Of a DNA stretch of 64,000 bases, positions 30,944 to 47,094 are shown piece by piece. This DNA comes from the human T2T-CHM13v2.0 reference genome, Homo sapiens. The notes under the pieces were generated by a model. It searched no databases, was not told where the DNA came from, and saw nothing but the letters and a program-made list of their open reading frames with translations. The DNA is taken from assembly GCF_009914755.1 (NCBI RefSeq), contig NC_060926.1; one strand, 5' to 3'. A program made the translations under genes and the position numbers. How positions within the stretch are numbered: position 1 is the first letter of the stretch; each line of letters starts with the position of its first letter.

Positions 30944-31708
30944 AATTTCCTTTTTTGTGCATTCATTGACAATACCGACTAGATGCACTTAAAGAGGGCC
31001 ACATACATTAAAGAAAGTTGTTACATTTATTAAAATGGCATCCACTTTTATCCTCTGGCATTAGGAAAAGGCAGTTATTTTCTCTGGGAAATGACAATAA
31101 CAGCAGCAACATAACAGTGGAAAGTAAGACACATTTTAACCCTGAATAGCTGTTATAATGGTGTTCATGCTAAATAGCTCTTCAGAGATTGAAATATTTT
31201 CCGTATAGTCCCCAGTTCTGTCGCCCAATTTATTGCCACCTTCCTGGTACCTCCTTTGTGGGGCTGATGCTTTCAAAGGGAAGAGTAAAAGTGAAGGCAA
31301 TTTTAGGGCATAAAGAAGTTCCTCTGAGCCAGACTTCTGTTTAGATTGCTTGTATTGTGTGTTTTATAGGTAGAAATTTAACTGCATCTTGAATAATTGC
31401 TTCAAACTGTCCTGGGAGCACAGAACTTTCAGTAGCATCTGGGAACAGAATGATGAGGGCCTTCCTCCCTCCCTCCCTCTTTCCTTTCTTCCATTATTCA
31501 GCATGTAGTAGCACATAGCACTGTGCTAGTCATAGGGCAGCTTGGAAACAAACTGTAAGGCAAAGTTTCACCATATGGAGCCCCACATATAGAGAGATGT
31601 GGAAGCTGAAACCACCAGGTACCAATTCCCAAGGAACAAGTAAATAGGTGAATAACGGCACATATGTGACAAAATGCCATTTCCCCCATTTGAAAAACTC
31701 TTTCCTTT

Positions 31709-32504
31709 GGGAACACTTATGTACTGTTCGTGGGAATGTAAATAAGTACAACTTTTATGGAAAGTTGTATAGAAATTTCCCAGAGAACTAAAAATAGAAC
31801 TACCATTTGATCTAGTACTCCCACTACTTGGTATCTCCCCAAAGGAAAAGTGATCATCATATCAAAAAGGTACCTGCACTTGTATATTTATAGTAGCACA
31901 TTTCACAATAGCATAGATATGGAATCAACCTAAGTGTCTATCAGTGGATGATTGAATAAAGGAAATGTGGTATATGTATAGACACAATAGAATACTGTTC
32001 AGCCTTAAAAAAAGAATGAAATCATGTCTTTTGCAGCAACATGGATGGAACTGGAGGCCATTATCTTGATGAAATAACTCAGAAACAGAAAGGGAAATAC
32101 TACATGTTCCCACTTAGAAGTGGGAGCTAAGTAATGTGTACACATGGACAGAGTGTGGAATAATAATAAACATTGGAGACTGGGGAGGATAGGAGGGTGG
32201 GAGAGGGGATGAGTGATAAGAAGTTACTTAATGGGAATACCTAATGCATGCAAGGCTTAAATCCTGTATGATGGGTTGATAGGTGCAGCAAACCACCATG
32301 GCACCTGTATACCTATATAAGCTCCACGTTCTGCACATGTATCCCAGAATTAAAATAAAATTAAATTAAAAACAAATTACTTAATGGGTACAATGTACAT
32401 TATTTGGGTGTTGTTTACACTAAAAGCTCAGACTTTAGCACTCTGCAATATATCCATGTAACAAAACTGCACTTGTACCTTTTAAATTCATACAAAAAAA
32501 CCCA
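31709..32504 (+). mobile_element. L1MA (about MA2/MA3) 3' fragment, interrupted by a younger L1PA tail
   Basis: L1 ORF2 end and 3' UTR (atagaactaccatttgatc, atggatggaactggaggccattatc, actaaaagctcagacttt). TSD aaaaact(c/a)ttt(c/g)ctttgggaa at 31693-31713 / 32505-32525. Confidence 0.88.
32236..32373 (+). mobile_element. L1PA (about PA8-PA13) 3' tail nested in L1MA
   Basis: aatacctaatgcatgcaaggcttaa...gatgggttgataggtgcagcaaaccaccatggcac; TSD aa(g/a)ttacttaatggg at 32221-32235 / 32374-32388. Confidence 0.88.
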
Positions 32505-32749
32505 AAAAACTATTTGCTTTGGGAAGATTGGGGGGTTGAACACGTTTATGGTGATTATCTTCTGGTACAATAGACCCTAATAATTTTTTTCTGGTTTCTA
32601 AATTGATTTATATGCAAACCATCAGTTTTAGATGTTCATTTATTTATTCTTTTATAGAAAATACTAAATGAAACAAAAATCACTGCTGTTTCAGAAAACA
32701 CAGCACTTGCATGGCAGTAAAAGAACAGCACTCGTGATTTTTTCATCAA

Positions 32750-33065
32750 ACCCTTCCTGGAAAATGATTCAGTATTTTCAGCCTTCGTTATAATTATACA
32801 GGGCAACACATAGCTTTGCTTTTCCCTTCCTTTGAAAATTTTAGATTTTTCTCTTCACAAAAAAATGCCCTTTTGATATGGACTGCTGCCCCCTGCCCCC
32901 TCCCCGCCCCCCAGGCTGCTCTCTGGCGGTGCAGAGCCTCTCATTCAGTGTCGGACACCTGCCCCGCCGTGCATTGCACACAGCTGTGCCTGCTCCTGCT
33001 CCGTCAGTACCCCTCCACTGGGGTGGGATGGGAGGTGGGGTGGGGTGAAATGTTCAGGTGAAGTT
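32750..33065. promoter_or_regulatory. Candidate intronic enhancer, alternative promoter or CTCF site
   Basis: Non-repeat, GC-rich patch with retained CpGs. GC box ccccgccc (32902-09), CTCF-like gctgctctctggcgg (32915-29), STAT-type TTCCTGGAA (32754-62), E-box palindrome cacagctgtg (32979-88), G4 motifs on both strands. Confidence 0.5.
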
Positions 33066-33231
33066 TAACTTCCTTCCAGTGGGCATATGTAACCAAAAGA
33101 GAACCTTATTAAGCAGATTTCTAGCTGAGGGGCATTTAGATTGTATTCTAAGACTTTAGTGGTAGAAATAGTCCATATTGTGTAGACCCCCCCACACCTA
33201 ATTCTGTGTCTCCCTCTCTTCTTGCCACCCC

Positions 33232-33549
33232 TTCATAGTCCTTTTGGGCTGATACAACAGAATACCTTAGGTTGGGTAATTTATAAACAACAGAAATTTA
33301 TTGCTCACAGTTTTGAAGGTTGGAAAGTCCAAGACGCAGGCACCCATAGATTTGGTGTCTGGTGGAAGCCCATAGGCAGTGCCTGCCATGAAGGGGAAAG
33401 GGATCTTTCAAGACTCTTTTATAAAGGTGTTAATCCTATTCTCTCATGAGTTAGCCATCTCTTAAGGGCTCCGTCTCTTAATACCCTCACCTTGGGGGTT
33501 AGGTTTCAACATACTTATTTTGGAGGGACACAACACTCAGGCCATAGCA
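33232..33549 (-). mobile_element. MLT1A-like MaLR solo LTR
   Basis: ataaacaacagaaatttattgctcacagttttgaagg...gggggttaggtttcaacata...aggccatagca end. Confidence 0.85.
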
Positions 33550-33565
33550 CTCCCCAACAGGTGCT

Positions 33566-33683
33566 CTTTCTCCCTTTTTCTGTCTCTCACTGTCTGTCTC
33601 TGTCTCTCTATCTCTCTCTCCCCCTCTCTCACTGCCCCCCCTTTTCCCCCCTCTCTCCCTCTTCTCTCCCTGCTCTACCTTTT
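33566..33683. repeat. CT-rich low-complexity polypyrimidine tract
   Basis: Read directly: (tctc)/(tgtc)/(cccc) mosaic. Confidence 0.85.
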
Positions 33684-33928
33684 TGAGCCTGGTGAACACT
33701 TAAGACTTTTTATTGAAATTACCCACCACTGGTTGAATCTGACATCATTTGAGAACCTGTCCAAAGTTTCCATCCAAAGTTTAATGTTCCATAGAGTGAC
33801 TTTCAAACGTCATTACAGAATTGGAATTAGGCCCTATTTAAATACAAATCCTGTTTTGGCTGAAATAATGGAAAAGTATAGGTCTGTATAATGAAATAAT
33901 TTCCTTAAGGGGAACTTCTACATTACTG

Positions 33929-34730
33929 GTTGATTCCTTCAATAGAATTTTATTGTGCCAAACACTATTCTAGGCACTCAACTATGTCAGTTAACATGAT
34001 AGACAATGTGGAGTTTACATTTTGGTAGGGAGAAACAGGCCTTATATAATACACATAATATATGAACAAGCTAATGTATATGGTAGAAGGTGTTGAAGTC
34101 TTTTGATGAAAATAAAGTTGGTACAGTAATACAGCAGGATAAAGCAGATCAGGAGTGTGGGTTGGAGGTGTGGCAGGTGGCAGGATCAAATGAGAGGACT
34201 GGGCACGTCTCAATGAGAAGTTGTGATTTGGACAGAGACTTGTAAGAGGTGAGGAAGTTAGCCAAACATTTGACTGGGGACAGAGCATTCCAGGAAGAGG
34301 GTACAACTAAGGCAAAGTTCATGAGGCAAGAAGACATCTATGGTGTTCAGGAACAGAAAGGAGGCCCTTTGGCTGGTGCAGAGTGAATGAGGGCATGAAG
34401 TCAGAGAGAAAACAGTCAGATCACACAGGGCCCTGATGGACTTTTTAAGAACTTTGGCCTTAATTTGGAGCAAAATGGTGAGGCTACTGCAGGGGTTGGA
34501 ATAAAGAATGATGTGATCAGAGTTAGCGTTTTAGAAAGAAAACCCTGGCTGCCATGGGTTTGGAATAGACTGTGGGTGAAAATAGCACTGGGGGAGGAGG
34601 AGGCAAGAATAGAAGCAGGTACTTTGTAAGCAACTATTGTGAGGTTGGATTCTCAAGATATTTTGGAGGTAGGGTCAAAAAAAATTTCCCAATGGAAGGG
34701 AAGTGGGGTGTGAGAGAGAGGAACCACGCA
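33929..34730 (-). mobile_element. L2a LINE fragment
   Basis: attccttcaata...tattctaggcact...agcattccaggaagaggg...ggactttttaagaactttggcc. Confidence 0.75.
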
Positions 34731-34959
34731 TAATTCTAAAATTTTTGTTAAAAGGAAAGCATAATACTTGAAGAGTCTAAAACTAGGTCTAAATATAAAC
34801 AGCCAAAAAGAGCACAAGGCTTTAAAAATTTAAGCAGTGGAGGAAGGTGACAAGACAAACAGATTCCTGTCTCAAGCTGCTGTCACTTCCCTCTCCATGA
34901 CTAGATTCCAGAATATGGGTCTTCCCAGCCAGTGCTTCTGAGCACCACCTTTCTTTCTG

Positions 34960-35275
34960 CCTAAAACCCTCTTCTCCAAGATCTTTGCATAGTTGGCTTT
35001 TTCACATGCAGATCTTAGTTCTCTGAGAGCTCTTCCCTGACACTGCTTCCTGAAGTAGCTGTCTTCCCCAAATCTCTCTATCCTAGTATTCTGGTTTGTT
35101 TTGTTGCCTTTGTTGTACAAATCACCTTCATAAAATATTGTATTTGGTTTTTACTGCCTGTCTTCACCGCTGGAATGTGGGCTCCATAAACACCCAGATC
35201 TTATCATTCCTGGCTGCTACTGTATCCCCGGGACCTAGAACAATACCTGGCACATAGCAGATAATAACTATTGGG
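34960..35275 (+). mobile_element. L2 3' fragment
   Basis: ctggaatgtgggctccata...ctgtatccccgggacctagaacaatacctggcacatag. Confidence 0.7.
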
Positions 35276-36372
35276 TGAGGAAGTGTTGTAATATTAAAGT
35301 AAATTACCAAATATTCATTAAACTCCTGCAGGGAACACAACTAGTCAGTGTTTGAGGGTTAGTGAAATATTTTCATATAGCATTTTTGGGCAAAAATTGA
35401 AAACAACACTATGAGAAATAGGTAGAGAAATCACAAGACATTCAATATGTGATTCACTGACAGATGAGTTGAGGAAAAGGAAAATTGAAAGAGACTTGCA
35501 GAATGGGAAAATTTGATATTGTAGAATTATTGGCCTTCAGAATTAAAGGGATCAGCCTAACAATATACACAGGTAGAGAGCTTTGCAATATCTCATTGAG
35601 CTTTCTCTGAATACCTCCAACAACAAGAGCACATTATGGTACAAAGCAGTATATTCCAATCTTTGGCATTTCTGATTATTGGAAAGCTATTTTTCATTCC
35701 ATGAAAGGAAGAATAGGGAGTATTTGACTAGGCAGAGAAGAATGAGGAAAGTACTGCTGGCTAGGGGAATGTGTGGGCAGAGACACAGAGCTAAGAGAGC
35801 TCTGGGCCAAAGACAAACTGAAAGGATTTCTGCATGGGAGGAGGGGAAGAGGAACTAACTGTCATCTCTTTTGGGTAGGCAGAGAGAAAAAGGTCTGAGA
35901 AGAGTAGAATTTGCTTCATAAATAGTGGACTAGGGCAAAATCTGATATCAATTTTAGATTATTTAGGGCAATTAAAGCCCCATTAAAAATTCTATTTCTG
36001 TTAATAAGGCAGTATGAATTAAATATCCAGGCAAATCTGAAAGTGCTGGTTCCAACAAATTTTTTTTAAAATAAGAAAAGCGTCAAATTTTAGTGAGAAA
36101 TATAATCACTTATACTTGTGGAGTTAATATGGATTCTAAGTAGGAGGCTGACCTTTGCTTGCCTGAAGAAGAAAAACACTTTGTTCAGAACAGTAATAAT
36201 TTTTAAAATACACAGTTCTGACGTAATTTCCTTAGGGATGTGAAAAAGCCTGTGGATAGTGGGATTCATATGGAATGAGTGCAAGCCATGCCTTTAGCGC
36301 TTGGGGTTTATTGAAAAGTTTGTCTGTGAATTGGAAAGCATGTGGCTATTGGCCTCTTTTGCTGAGAGAGAC

Positions 36373-37013
<641 letters not shown>

Positions 37014-37021
37014 GAGACTAA

Positions 37022-37412
<391 letters not shown>

Positions 37413-38608
37413 TCCTCTTATACACTCTTAAAAATGCTGTAGTTTGTGTCAGAATGGACCATTACCAGATTTTATTTTCTGCCCTGAGATTTTGGAGAGA
37501 TGACATCACTTCATCTAATCAAAACCACTCAGAGGTGTGACAAACCTTAGACAGTTGCAAATACCAATAATAAACCTTTTATATACAATCATCAGTGTAA
37601 TTTGTGGGTGATTTCAAGGATAGGTGTTCTGTAGGGTAACACTGCCTTAGAAACAAAAGGGAAGTAAAGAGGGTTTCATATTTTTATCAGAGTGTTTTCA
37701 AACTAACAGAGAAAACGAACAGAGCTCCTTTATACAATTGAATGCATTGCAGGTTAGCTGAAGTGAAATCAAGTCAAGAATATTGTCTGAGGAAATATCA
37801 AGTTACTGTAAAGGTAAATCCATCAAGAATATCTAAAGTCAGGGAGGAAAAAAAAAGAATTTAGTATTTATCTATGTATGTTACTTCATGATTAGTAGAT
37901 CCAATATGAGAATTAATGTGGTGCTCGAGTAATGAAACACAATTGTTTGAATATATTTGACTAGTCCCCATTGTTAGCAACCAAGTTCATCGCACTCTGA
38001 GCTTTAGTTCTCTTATTTGCAAAACAAGTCAGAGGATTGTGGCAGAAGTTGAATTAGAAAAGCTCTAAGGTACGTAGTACCAGTAAAATTTGAATTTAGA
38101 AGATGCGGAATTTAATGGAATTTTTATGCATGTTTCTTAATTTGTTTTTCTTGCAACAGATGCTGTGAACTTTTACACATAGGTTCAAAGAATAGTTCCT
38201 GCTTTGAAAATGGGCCTGAGATTCACCCAAAGAACATCTTGAGGATGTCATTGGATTTTCACATCAATATCGTTTGCTTCACCTTACTTTTCTAATGTCT
38301 AGATGCCCATAGGTTTCCCAGGGTGGAAAGAGAAATAAAATAACTTTTGGGAGCTTTAAAGCAAATTGCCACTGGATTATCGTGATTTGATATTTGCTTT
38401 TCCAGATAGGTGACTGTGGGAAATAATCTGGCCTCTCCTCCTGTACCTGCATGTCCCTTTCTTTTCCGTCATGTGATTCCTTTCTTTCTGTGTTTACAAT
38501 AGGATCATTTTTGGCTTCTGGCCCAGGTCCATCTGTGGCTCCACTCATATCTCTCTGGCCTATCAAAATTCTATTGATGCATTTTAAGCTTCAGTTTCTC
38601 CTTCGTAA

Positions 38609-39036
<428 letters not shown>

Positions 39037-41414
39037 AGCTCCTTTTTTAATGCATTATATATTTATGTACTTTGTAGCTGAGAATTTGGCTGTTTTTTGA
39101 TGCTCTTTTGGAGCCTCATTCTCAGAGTTCTAAAAGCCAAAAATGGCATTCTGAAATCTCAGTTTTATGAAGCTGTCAGCCAGTGGTATAAAATGTAATG
39201 GTCAATTTAAATTATGGTACATTCAAATGCAGCTTTCTATTAATGACTTTATGATAAAATGAATGCCAGTTTTAGACACTTCCCTTAGGTACAGCTATCC
39301 ATCATGTTCCCTGAGTGTACCGGGAGATCACCTTATATTATAGTTGACACCCTTGAAAAAGGACAAAAAAGGGAAATAGCAGCATGGGGAAGGGGGTTGC
39401 AGCGGATGTGGTCAATGTGTTCCAGTACCCAAAAGGCTTCTTTCTTCTCTTCCTCTCACCATGAGAAGTTTCTATCAATTTTTCCTAATGATTAGCTATG
39501 ACTGAGATGTGGATTTGGATGTGACTTTTTTTAAGAAAGTGTTGAGTTTCTTATACTTTATTTTATTCTATTTTATTTAAAATATAGCTTACATTTTAAA
39601 AAATTTAATTATTGGTTATGCACTACTAGTCAGGCTCAGCTGACCTATGGTAAGTAACAAACCTCAAAATCCCAAGGGTTTAACGAAACAAATATTTCTT
39701 CTTTTTTTCTCATGTCACAGTTGGGAGATTGGATTTTTTTTTTAATGGCTTTTCCTATAGGGGCTTGGGGACCCAGTGCTGATCTCACAGTATATTCCAG
39801 AAAAATATTTTTCTACTCCACTCCCATTAAAGGATGGTGTAATCAGTTTCTTTCTGAATGAAACAAAACAGCCTGAGTACTCTTATTTATACATGTAGAT
39901 CAGATATTCTTCCTGTGTTTTACCCCCAGGAAGAGTGTATTTTTGTTTGAGTATCCATTAATTGTTAAGTAATAATTGCAACAGGGGCTAAGAACCTGGA
40001 ACAATTAACAGGACCTTCTGGAATGCCTGTAATCTAATAGGGAATGTGTGTTCTGAGAAAGTTATTAAGGTTTGCAATAACTGGCTTTATCTTCATCCTA
40101 ACCCTAGAACAGTGCCTGACACAAATCAGTGACACAATAAATATTTGTTGAATGAATGAACTTAAAATGTTTTTGCCTTTGCCTTCACTGTAAAGCCATT
40201 TTTTTTCATTATTTCACCTGTTTAAAACTATGCTCTGTCTCTTCCTGTCCCAGCCCATATTTGCAGTGAATGCTTTAGAAAAAAGATGTGGACATGATCT
40301 ATTGTAATTCAACATTAAAAACGAGAGAGGATATTTTCCAAACTCAGGAATTTACCCCTTTTTTCCTGAACTGACATAATACTTTCATAATATAAATAGA
40401 GACTTGGTGAAAACATCAGATATATAAACTGCAAAGATTTTGAAAAGAGAAATAGATGAAGGGATTGAAGACAGTCACTGAATTAAAACAAATTCCGTTC
40501 AATAGCATTTTTCAAATTTCACCTGACTCAATCTGTGTAGTCTTTTCAGCTGCTTTAAGTATCACAGCCTTATAGATAGTGCAGCATAGGGGCAATAAAG
40601 ATAAGGTGTAAATTGTGAACAAAAAAGAAAATAACTTTATTTTTGTGTGGTTTAAATAGAATATTGCTGATGAACTTTTCACTTGGATGGCCTTATCAAG
40701 TGGTTTTTTTTTTCCAGAGGAAAGAGCAGGGCTTGCAAAACAGTGTAAATCAGGCAATCTACATTCACATCTTGATGATCTGCAAATCACTGAATTCATT
40801 TGCAAGAGTAAAGCAGACTCATGAAATCAATAACTTTGCTATTCATTTATGCTGCATACTTTTCCCCTCTTTGGAAGAGTCCATAAAGCAGAGTTTTAAG
40901 ATTTTATTAAGCTAAAAAAATGAGAGGATATCTTTAGCAAATATCTTCAGTTTTCTTTACCTGTGTTTCTATTTTCTTATTTGAGAAATGCTCAAAGCTA
41001 ATTGTCTCCAATGGTGTGAGGTCTGTGGGTCATCATGTTAATGTCAGTGATGGGGGCTTTCTGCACACTATTTTGGAAAACAGGCCTGCTCTAAGCTAGT
41101 CAGAGATGAGCTTAATTGTTGTATTTGTGAATTAAGGACTGATGCTTATGTATTTTAGAAAATAAAGTGTTAGCTCATTGCTTTAGAGGTCATAAAAATA
41201 GAATTGGGTTCATATAAACTATTTCCACATAAAATAATTGTGTTTCCATGATGAAATTCAGATCAGGGCATCAATATCCATCCTAACTGTGGATCCTTAG
41301 GGGCTCCAAACACTTAGGTGCACTACCGTATTGCCTCTTGCCCTTTTTGTGTGTCTGAGGCTGAAGAACATGAACACTGAGGAGGTTGTTCTGCTTCAAT
41401 ATTAACTATGGAAG

Positions 41415-42419
<1,005 letters not shown>

Positions 42420-43740
42420 GAAGTGTGCTCTGGAGAAAGTCTATTGCTGTGTACCTTTCACTGCACCTGAAATATTTTGTTGTTGTGTGATGAATGAATT
42501 GCTACTATGTGATGATCTTGAATATTTTCACTTTAATGAAGAAGAGTTACTATCAGATTGTTCCCAGAAATAAAATTTTACTTTTCTTCACCTGTGACCC
42601 CTTTTCCTGACATAAAGCCATAAACTTTAGAGTTCAGTATGGAACAGAAGCTAAGCATGATAATGATTCTGAGCTTTCAGCTCATGCCTGAGCTTGTGAA
42701 GAAATGAAAAAAATAGTCAATTTCAGGTCTGCTCCTGGTTTACCTAAAGATGTGTGAAAAACTTGGGTCTCTGTCACAGTCAGCCAAAATCAGTCAAAAT
42801 TCATTCTAACTCTAAATAGCTCTTTCATGTTTTTTCTGTCAATGTCTGTAAGTTTGTGAAAAGAACAAATATTTTTCTTAAGTCTTGAAATTTTTATTGG
42901 GAGAAATAAAGAGAACTGGATGTTTGAAAAATTTTGTTTTATTTTCTGTTTTTTTTTTTAATGTAGCTTTGTAGTTTATTTTGGTTATAGTTAACATTAC
43001 AAAATAGTCTTGTATATGTAGAACAACTCATTGACAACTCAAAATGTACAAAATCAGAAGAAAAGAGTATAATTGTCTTCAAGATGCCTATTATTCTGAG
43101 GCTGGTTGGTGTGCAAAAAGCCTGCAGTCTCACCACCTATAATTTTCTCTAATACTTTTTTTTTTTTAAATTGACCTCAATACACTTTATTGCAGAACAG
43201 GAAATACTAAACATTTAAGAAAGATTTGTGGAAAACGATTTGACTTCAGAAAAATATTTGTTCCATCTTAAGAGGATCAAACTTCAGAAATATTTTTAAA
43301 AGTCTTCCTCTGAAATGTCTCAATTCTTAGTGATTAAAAATAGCTAAAAGGGCTTAGAGTAGTGGAGAGACTGGATTTCGGTATTAGATTCAGGTTTGAG
43401 TTCTGGTTTTGCCCTGTTCTAAGTGTGCGTGATTTTACTAATTAATAATGATGTTGGACTGCTTCTCTTAGGTTTATTTGTCTAGTGTGTTTCCACTTCT
43501 GACAAATATTTTCCATACCTTTACTTGTGTTTTCTTATTGGTTTGTAAGAGTTCTGTATAGAATCTTAATACTAATCGTCAATTGTGTGTACTACCACCT
43601 GTAAATATGCCAGTCTGTGTCTTATCTAATATTTCTTAACGTTGTAAAATTGTTCAAAACTGTTTTTAGTTTCAGTGGCTTCTGTTCTTATTTTTCTGGG
43701 AGATATTTTTTTTTCTCATTTTAAATAACAGACTAAATAG

Positions 43741-43980
<240 letters not shown>

Positions 43981-45024
43981 TAAAAGCTCAATGACGTTTT
44001 GTCTTTTAAATGATAGAAATCATTTTGTAAATAGCCATTCATCAATGTAGAGTGTGATTATGTTCCATGATGGCCATCATCTTATCCAGATTTCTAAGTG
44101 TTATACTAAAGGGTGCAGATATCTGAAATGAGAATGTGAAATAATTTTGAAAGGAAGAACAAAGGAGAAGGATAAAATAATGAGAAGTAGAAAATAAAGA
44201 CATGTCGATAGTACTACTCATATACACCATGCATGTGGTTGGTGGATATAGGGAAGGTAATCTTATTTAAATAGAAAACTTGCTAATTTCTGAACTAGGC
44301 AAAGCTATAGGTAGTTGGAAGGTTTCGCATTATAATTAAATTAGTACATTCTAAAATTCTTTGTGGTATAATTGAACTCTTTCAGTGCAACAAAGTGATG
44401 ACAGCAATTGACAGTTTTTGCTTTGGGACTTCATTTCTTTCCCCTTAATTAAAGTAAAGTGGCACTTTTTCCAGGATGTTTAATGTCTTCCCATACGTTT
44501 CACTTATAAAATTCTTTCCATGGGCTGTTAACTTGATGAGAATGATGCTGGTCTTTTGAGGAGGTGGTTTTCAGAAAATGTTTTGTTGAGGAGTTGAACA
44601 AATATGATTCTAGGTTGGTTTCCTTTTCAAGCATGTGGACAATAATATATTTTAATGTTTTATAACAAGAAGTTTTCCAAGAAATTAGTCACTAGGGTTC
44701 TTTCTACATTCTGGTAATTATTTCTGTTTCATAAATGACTAAGGCAAAATTATACCTCAAACAACTAGTAAGCAGTAGTTTAAATAAAAGGTCAAAGACT
44801 AACCAATCTTCAGGTTGGTATTTCAGGAGAAGAAATTTGAACATTAATGCAAAGACCCTTTAGAAAGACATTTTAGGTCTTTTTAATCTTGTTTTGTTTT
44901 TGAACTACTTTTGCTCATTAGTGATGATTTGGGCTATCAGGTACTGCACATAAGAATCCTTTTTTCTTTCTTCCATTGGCTAACAGTCTGCCCAGAAATC
45001 ATGAGATTAAGTGAAATAAACCTA

Positions 45025-45492
45025 CAGTAGTTGTCCCCCTTTTCAAGGGGAATACATTCCAAGACCCCAAGTGGATGCCTGAAACCACGGATAGTACCAA
45101 ACCCTACAATACTATGTTTTCTTCTATACATAAATATATATGATAAAGTTTAATTCATGAATTAGACACAGTAAGAGATTAACAACACTAATAACAAAGT
45201 TATTATTAGTAAAGTACTATTAAATACAATAAGGGTTACTTGAACGCAAGCACTGAGATGCTGTGACCATTGGTCTGATCATCGAGATGGCCATTAAGTG
45301 ACTAACAGGCAGGAAGTGTAGACAGCATGGATTCATCCCAGGTGGGATGGAGCAGGACAGCATGAGATTTCCTCACACTACTCAAAACGGCCCACAATTT
45401 AAAACTTGTTTATTTCTGGAATTTTCCATTTAATATTTTTGGGCCCTGATTGACTACAAGTAACAGAAACTGAGGCTAAGGGTGGAATTCTG
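45025..45492 (-). mobile_element. MER44/Tigger7-type TcMar DNA transposon
   Basis: cagtagttgtccccc...ttccaagaccccaagtggatgcctgaaacc...tttatttctggaattttccatttaatatttt...ctg, flanked by TA on both sides. Confidence 0.85.
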
Positions 45493-46340
45493 TACTTCTA
45501 TCTCTTCTCAAACTGTACATGTGTTAAAATTCATGATGACAGAAGAGATTGTGTCATGAAATAAAATACTACTGGTGGGTTTGTTTTCTCTTTGCTCTTC
45601 ATTGTTTTCCTTTTAAAATTTTTTTGTGTTCCTTTTTGCCTTTTATGTTAAATTCACAGTATGACTGTCCTAAGGCCCTTGACTGAAAACATCTAACTTC
45701 TTACTTGTTACAAAGAAACCTACAAAATCTAGTTAGTTTATTATACATGGTTGTGCCATCTCTCAGGCGACTGGGAATGTAAAAGAAATAGAAAAAAAAT
45801 CCAAGTGATTTTTGTTCTTAGTTTCCTTCTGAGAAGGAATTGAGGCTGACATCAAACAGCAAACTAATAGCATGTATGCCATCTTATCAAAAAAAAAAAG
45901 AGGCACAACAAATGTGAAAATGATGACAAGGCTGATTCTTAAAAACCTGTGAAAGTGAGTGTTAGAAGTCTTGAAGGAAAATCAGAAGAGTCCTTAACTA
46001 TACTTGATGTGTCTATGTGTATTGGAATACATAGTACTTGCATAGTTAAGACTAAGCAAGATTAAACAACTACTCAATTTAAAGTGTTCAGTTATATCCT
46101 TTGAAATACATTACTATTTTGCTACCAAGGAAGGTTTTTTGGTTCATTTTGTTTTGTTTCATTTTTTTCTCTCTAAGAAATGGCTAGGAAAGATCATGTT
46201 TTATTGATGCTAAGATGTTATTGATGTGGGATGCACCATCATGATATGTAGCATTACAAAAGAAAAATGGTATCGGTTATACCATGCCAGATTCTTGCAG
46301 ATTTCAGCGATGTTACAAATGGGAAAACAATGTTTTAGTT

Positions 46341-46390
46341 TTAGTTATTTATTTGTCAAAGTAATTTAGTTATTTACTTGTCAAAGTAAT
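46341..46390. repeat. 25-bp tandem duplication (2 copies, 1 mismatch)
   Basis: ttagttatttatttgtcaaagtaat followed by ttagttatttacttgtcaaagtaat. Confidence 0.9.
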
Positions 46391-47094
46391 TTAATACAAA
46401 GAGAACCCATTGTTTGAAATATGCTGTTGGACATATGCAAAGAATGCAGTAGATCTGTCAATTCAAAAACAGGATTTCTGTTAAATTTCTATATCAGAGA
46501 GTGGTGCCTTCATTTACTACTAAGATATAATAGAGGTACCAGTTGCAGCTACTCCTATAAATACAAACTAACATGAATACAGACAGTAGGTAAGACCCTA
46601 GGATGGAACACAATAAATGGATGTCAGAACAGTGAGCATCATGTAGAGAATTCTCATGGGAGACTGAGACTTCAGCTGGATTACACAAAGGCATTTACCT
46701 GTACAACTTACTCTTAGATGTTACTGATACTATTACAAATAATGTGTCATGAGATTTCCCTGCAGAAACTGTTTCTAACTATGATGTTAGCTGATTTGCA
46801 AGGTCAATTCAATGAGAAAAGCTGACATCCTAGCCTAAGTTAATCTCAATATTAGAACACTTGATTTTCAGTTATAAGAATTTGTTTGCTATGCCTTGAT
46901 CAGAAGGTATTCCTTTTCACTCCCAAATTTATTAAAGCGTGTCCATTTGTCTTTGAATAAACAGAAGTAAGAATGTAGCTGGCAGCTGGAATCCCAAGTA
47001 TGTAAAACACCTTTGCAGCTGTAGCCAGAATTTTTGCTTTTAGTTTAGAGTTCAGACTAATTATGTAAAGCACTGTCCTGGAGGAAGAAATCTT

